Of a stretch of DNA of 64,000 bases, positions 58,551-64,000 are shown piece after piece (the first letter of the stretch is position 1; every line of letters begins with the position of its first letter). The DNA comes from the human T2T-CHM13v2.0 reference genome, Homo sapiens. The position numbers and the translations under genes were made by a program. The stretch is from the NCBI RefSeq assembly GCF_009914755.1, contig NC_060928.1; one strand, written 5' to 3'. A model generated the notes under the pieces. The model worked only from the letters and a program-made list of their open reading frames with translations. It was not told the DNA's origin and made no database searches.

Positions 58551-61500
58551 TCATCATTGTGTGAAGTGTTTAGCATTTTTTAAAGTATTTGTAAATGTGA
58601 GATTTTTGTTTTCAGATTTTGCTATTCTAGCAATATTGTGTTTAGCGGTGATTTGCAGAATAACTTCTTCCCCTAATTCTTTTTTTTTTTTAATAGAGTG
58701 GTGCTTAGTTGCAACAATGTACTATTGATTGAAAATCTTAACAGTAACTCTATTTTCTTTTTTCTGGGATGAAATGTGCTGCTTACCTCCTGATTTTTCA
58801 AAAGGAGAAAATGAAGTCATCATAAAAGAGATGCGTGTGGAATAGTTTTCCCAATAAAACATTTTCATGTACTGCTTCATGTCCTTTTTCCCTTTCTGGA
58901 GCATGGGCTTTTGGCAGGAAATATTTAATTCCAGTTATTCAAATGATGAGTATTTCCAAATAGACCCCTATACTGTACATATGAAATATACCAAGTTAAA
59001 AAATGCCAAAATTTTAGAATACAAATAAATTCTAGTTCATTTATTCAAAAGACTGAATGAATTATACCTGCCATTATTTCCTTCATCCAATACCCTTGCC
59101 CATGACAGACATTGCTAATCGATTACTACAATCATTCTTGCAGTCTTGGTTGCATCTTCAGAGTCCTTCTCAATGCAGCACACCAGTAACTGCTTCTAAT
59201 GAGTAATAAGATAAAACCTAACAGACAAAATATAATATAGCCTTAATAGATTTCTTTGTGTTACAGATAAAAAAGCAAGATTAAGTGGCTCAAAAAAATA
59301 CTACACACCTGAATAGTAGCAGAGTTAGATCTAGTACTCAGTATTTCCAGATCTGAGGATTCACATTTGTACCACAGTGAATGAAAATCTGCTTAAGAAC
59401 TAATTTCATGATACTCTCTAATGATATTTCTATATTCCAGAATGTACTGCATAAAAAAAGAAGCTATATTCACACCTCATGTGAAGTTTGCTTTGAGTTT
59501 TTCCTCCACAGGAGCCTCTGGAGTGGCTTAAAAATCTCTAATTTTACTCACTTCATATCCCATTTCAGCTTTCATAAAAAATCAGCCAGATCCTTAGAAA
59601 TTCATAGGAAGATTTGCTGTGTCAGAAGCAAAGTCGACTGACAAGCCAGCGATGTCTTTGTTCTTCAGTGTTGCCAGTGAGATAATCGTTTTGCATTAGA
59701 TTGGCTCCCTGATCTTGCCCTCCCCGCCACGAGGCAGAGCCCCTTAGAAAGTCTCCTTCCAGCAAGTCCCACTACCCAGTGTTTAAATTTTCACTTGGCT
59801 ACTTTGAAAGGTCTAGCCAGTGTCATGTCTGCTGTTGCCTCAGGGTTCAGTTTCAGGGAATGTTTCCTTAATTAGTAGATGACAGGTAGATGACATCAAT
59901 CTGAAATAAGTTCAACAGACTCTCTAGCAAGAAAACCAGCTAGTGTCAGGAAGGAGCAATATTAGAAGTTGTGTATTCTCAGGTGTAATGCAGAAAATGG
60001 CTCTGAGGGCTGGAGAGAAAGGCAAATGCTACCTTATGTGAGGCAGATCCCCACTGGTCCTTGCTATGAACGATGGCATCCCTTTCCCCGACACCTCCCA
60101 ATACCAGACCTGATGTTGGAGTATGGGAAAGGAGGTTGGATAGGGGTGTTGAATCTTCCCCGAGCCTTTTTGCCAAGCTTGTGTGTTGAATTCAGTTTGA
60201 CTTAAACTTGAAGATACTCAGTCATACTAAAGCCAATACTTCCTTGCCCCACCTTCCCCAGATGGGTGTGTGCACTTTACCTAACTCTATTAGATTGTCT
60301 CTGTGGACACTCAAAAATTCTGCCTGGAAGATTCTTACAGATACTCCTAAGAGTTTTTATTGAAATAGCAAAGGTGTAATGGAGTAAGAACTAGACGGCA
60401 GTTCAGAGTAAAAATATTTGCCATACCTATGCCCTCCCTCCTTACTGAGGTGGTTGTCAATAATATTAATCGTTGTACCTTGCATTCGCTGAGCTTTATC
60501 ACGTTCAAGGGACGCCAGCTAAGTGATCTCATTTGATCCTTCATACTTTGCACATGAGAAGATGCTAATTGCTTATGAACTAACCATTAGAGGGAAAAAT
60601 TGAAAGCAAAACGTTCAGAAAGAATAACATTGGGGAAGGAAAAAAATTAAGTACTATTTCAGTTTGTCCCATATAGGCAAGAGAGTGAAGAGGGTTAATC
60701 AATGCTAACACAGAATTTACTCCAAGAATGAATGCTAAAGATGGTTCCCAAATATTTCTCTATTAGAGATTTCTGTGGGATCCCAGAAAACTGCATTTAT
60801 AAAAAAAAAATTTTACTTTGTCCTCATTTTTAGCAATAACAGCCATGCCTGATAACAATCGGTACAATTCTGAGTTGCTATAAACAGACATCACAGAAAT
60901 ATAGAATTTCCATTAGGTTTTGATGATGATTTCAATAGTCGCTGGATTCCTATTTTGTGGAAACAAAGTGATTGATGCTAAAGTTTGAAAACTATTGATA
61001 AAGTCTAGCCTTCTCCTTTTAATGATGAACAAATTGGCCAAGAAAAATAAAATAACTTGGCTAAGATTACAAAGCTAGTTGGTATCAAGGTGAAACTAGA
61101 ATGCAAGTCTTCTGTCTGTACATTTTAACAAGATATAAATCAAGTCAAAATCAAATTATATTATGAACCATGCAGGTAATTAAAAAATGAAGTCACTAGT
61201 TAAAAGAAAAACAGATGCAGAGATTTGATAAAACTGGCAAATGGCCCTCCGGCTTGGTAGTGAAGAGACAATAGGAAAAAAAAAGAGGACTATAATAAAA
61301 GGGAAAGGACATGTCCTATTTAAATGGGATAACATAGCCTACTTCAGCTAAGGGCAATTATACTGGAATGTGAACTTGGCATTGCCAAATCTTCGTGCTT
61401 TTTTCCCAAGAAAAGTAGGAAATGCAAATTTTTTGTGAAATTTCTCAATGTTTAAATGTTGCCGGTTTATTTGAATGTTTGAAAATGCCATTTGGGCCAA

Positions 61501-64000
61501 CGTTTCAAGAGACAAAACATACCGGTGAGTTGCTAATTTGTGGCTGCTCATAAAAGTAATCAATATTGGAACATAAAATGTGTCTACTGATAAAAGTTTA
61601 CCAAACCTATAATATTAATTTGTTCATCTAGCCTTCCATTTATCCATGTGGGAAGTTCTTGAGTTTCTTCTATGGGTAAAGCATGGTACTAGACATTATC
61701 AGAAGCACTGAGTGAGACTGGAAATGTGAGGGGAGTAGAACAGCTTTGGAATGGCCGTCAGAGGGATTTGCTTCAGACTTGTACTTACCTGGGCGACAAA
61801 TCAGAATCGCCTGGGTCTACCCCTTGATGATTCTGACTCAGCTGTTCTGAAGTACCATTAGCAGTCAATAAGAGATAAGTAAAATATTTTTAAGTAGCAG
61901 CTGATGTCAGATGACGTGAATTCCTGGTGAAGCCAATATGTATGATATAATGACTTCTAACAACCCCGGAAAAAAGAGTGTAAGTAAGTGTGGCAGTGGA
62001 GGAAAGTAGATAAGGAATCCCATTTAGGCTAGAAGACTGGCAAGGTGGTCATACCTGAAATGAATGGCCATTTGGTTCAGACTGATTCGGTGGATGTCTG
62101 GCTAGTGGGTAAGCAGTGTATGGGTCTTGAGATATTCTGAGTCTGTAAACATTGGGCTCATTGTGTTTCAGTAGAAACAGAGGAGGCTTGTGTCTTAATG
62201 TTCCTAGGGCTATATCAGACTGACTAAAGAATCTTGAGGAAATTTGCTACACCCCCAACTTCCTCATCTGTTAAAGAAGGCTAATATTGCTGTAGAAGTA
62301 GTTTGAAACTTGTAAAAGCAGTTTGAAGTGTAAAGGAAAAGTGATATCTAAATGTAAGTGTTATGGTTTTCAAATGTATTATTTTGGTATTTTGAGTGCT
62401 AAAAGGAGCTTCTCAGAGAAGTCTTTCTCTTCCATAAAACCAATCAGAAACGTTCAATTTTTGCACACAGGAACAGGCAGCTACAACTGGGAAAATGATT
62501 CTGTGATTCCACACATTTCTTTGACAAGTCACAAATGGGTTTTAGTGACCAGCTGCAGCTTGTGTGTTAAATTCAAATAATTCATTCTTGGCACAGTTAT
62601 TTTTCACATTCCCTTGCATTAGAAAAAAAATTATGCTGCCTACCATTACATATTGTAAAAACGGTAGCTTCTATCTTATCTATTTGGAGAGGATATTGCA
62701 TGCTAAATGCATAAAATAAAAATGTCAATGAATTCACCAATATGTTTCTCCTTTAATCAGTTGGAGCAAACCTTCTTTGGATCTTTAGTCAGGTCTGCTA
62801 AGACCTTCAGGGAATTTTCTTATCTCATAAACTACAGGAAATGCAAAGTGGAGATGATTGTTGACTACTTTTTAGGTACTCAGATGAAAACTAGCTTTTA
62901 GAGCTTGGATTGATCTGGAATTCTTGCTCCGACCCAAGGGTCTGGACCCAGTAACAATAAAACAGACCATCAATCTGCTTAGTACACTTCTGGTTTTCAG
63001 GAGGAAAGTTTTCCCTTCAAAGCAAAGGATCTTCTCACATTGGGGTGAATTATTGTGTTGAAGGTACTAGTTTATCTACTGGCATCCTGAAATCTACTCA
63101 AACAAGGAATGCATTTCAAAATTCATTTTATCGCTATGCTTTTTTTTAAGTCCACAATCATGTAAATTCATTGTAAGTGGGAAAAAAAGTATATTCGGGA
63201 AGAGAGATGTCTCAAGATTATTATAATATAATAATGATTAATATTATCACACTGGAGGTGATTTGATGGAAAAGATCCTTAGGTGTTTGCACTTAGTCCC
63301 TGACTAAATCAACATAGAATTTCTACTGACCTAATTAATCTTAAATTAAGCATGTCTACTGTTTACTGTGATTACCTCATCAGACAAGCTGTTTCAGCAT
63401 CTGTTTTTCCTCATGGTGAAAAAGGTTCTCTTTTACTTCAAAAATGAGTTTTCCTCCTTTAAAGCTCACTTGTTTGGGTATTTCTATCCAAAATAAATAC
63501 TTCTTTCTCACCTATTAGCTGTTTAAGACTGAGTTATGTCTTCAGATGCATGTACAGGGCTCTCAGTGCAGACATTTGACTTCAGTGGGAGCTATGAGTC
63601 TTTGAGGGCCTGATTTGCCCCTGTTTGTGCTCAGTATATAAGTATTTAGGTAATGTTTTCATTTCCTGACCCACTCAATATCATTTTTTGGCAAAATGAA
63701 TTCACTTCCCTCACATTTTCCCCATCTGTTATATTCTTAAGTCTGTTTATAACTTTGCTTACTTTTCTTTGATCATTTTTAGTCTGGATGTCATTTTTCA
63801 ATGACAATGCATGCATGCACGTGCGTGCACACACATAAACCAAAAGAATACATGGAATTTGTATTCCTTTATACAAAGTATGTACAAAGTACCTAGTACA
63901 GCATTTAACTTTACATATAAGATATGCAACATGTATAGATTTATCTTTACACACATCTCTATGGTGACAAAATGGGTTGATATTTTGCTTTTAAAAATAG

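Noticed and set aside
59724-59742. CTCF-like CCACGAGGCAGAGC
   Set aside because: Mismatches at several core positions of the CCASYAGRKGGCRS consensus.

Overview
AT-rich, repeat-dense primate (probably human or great-ape) intronic or intergenic DNA. I can support no host protein-coding exon, RNA gene or CpG island. The only real coding sequence is degraded LINE-1 ORF1/ORF2. The window holds a 5-kb L1PA2/3-like element, five short L1 3' ends, nine Alu dimers plus one monomer, several MaLR/ERVL LTRs, hAT/Tigger-derived MERs, and ancient L2, L3/CR1 and MIR fragments. The best observation is the L1 at 45375-50667. One 14-bp target-site duplication (TSD) brackets a 5' micro-inversion with junction duplication, the L1 body, and about 200 bp of non-L1 DNA with two further AATAAA+poly(A) modules, i.e. 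a 3' transduction that may be serial. Other observations are a CpG-retaining TCF/T-box/TALE motif cluster (candidate enhancer, 41.4-42.6 kb), a triple transposon nesting, a 26-bp templated-insertion-like direct repeat, a perfect 34-bp tandem duplication and a CR1 fossil with readable RT motifs. I found nothing that amounts to a new biological system. Repeat subfamily names come from remembered consensus sequences and need RepeatMasker/Dfam confirmation.
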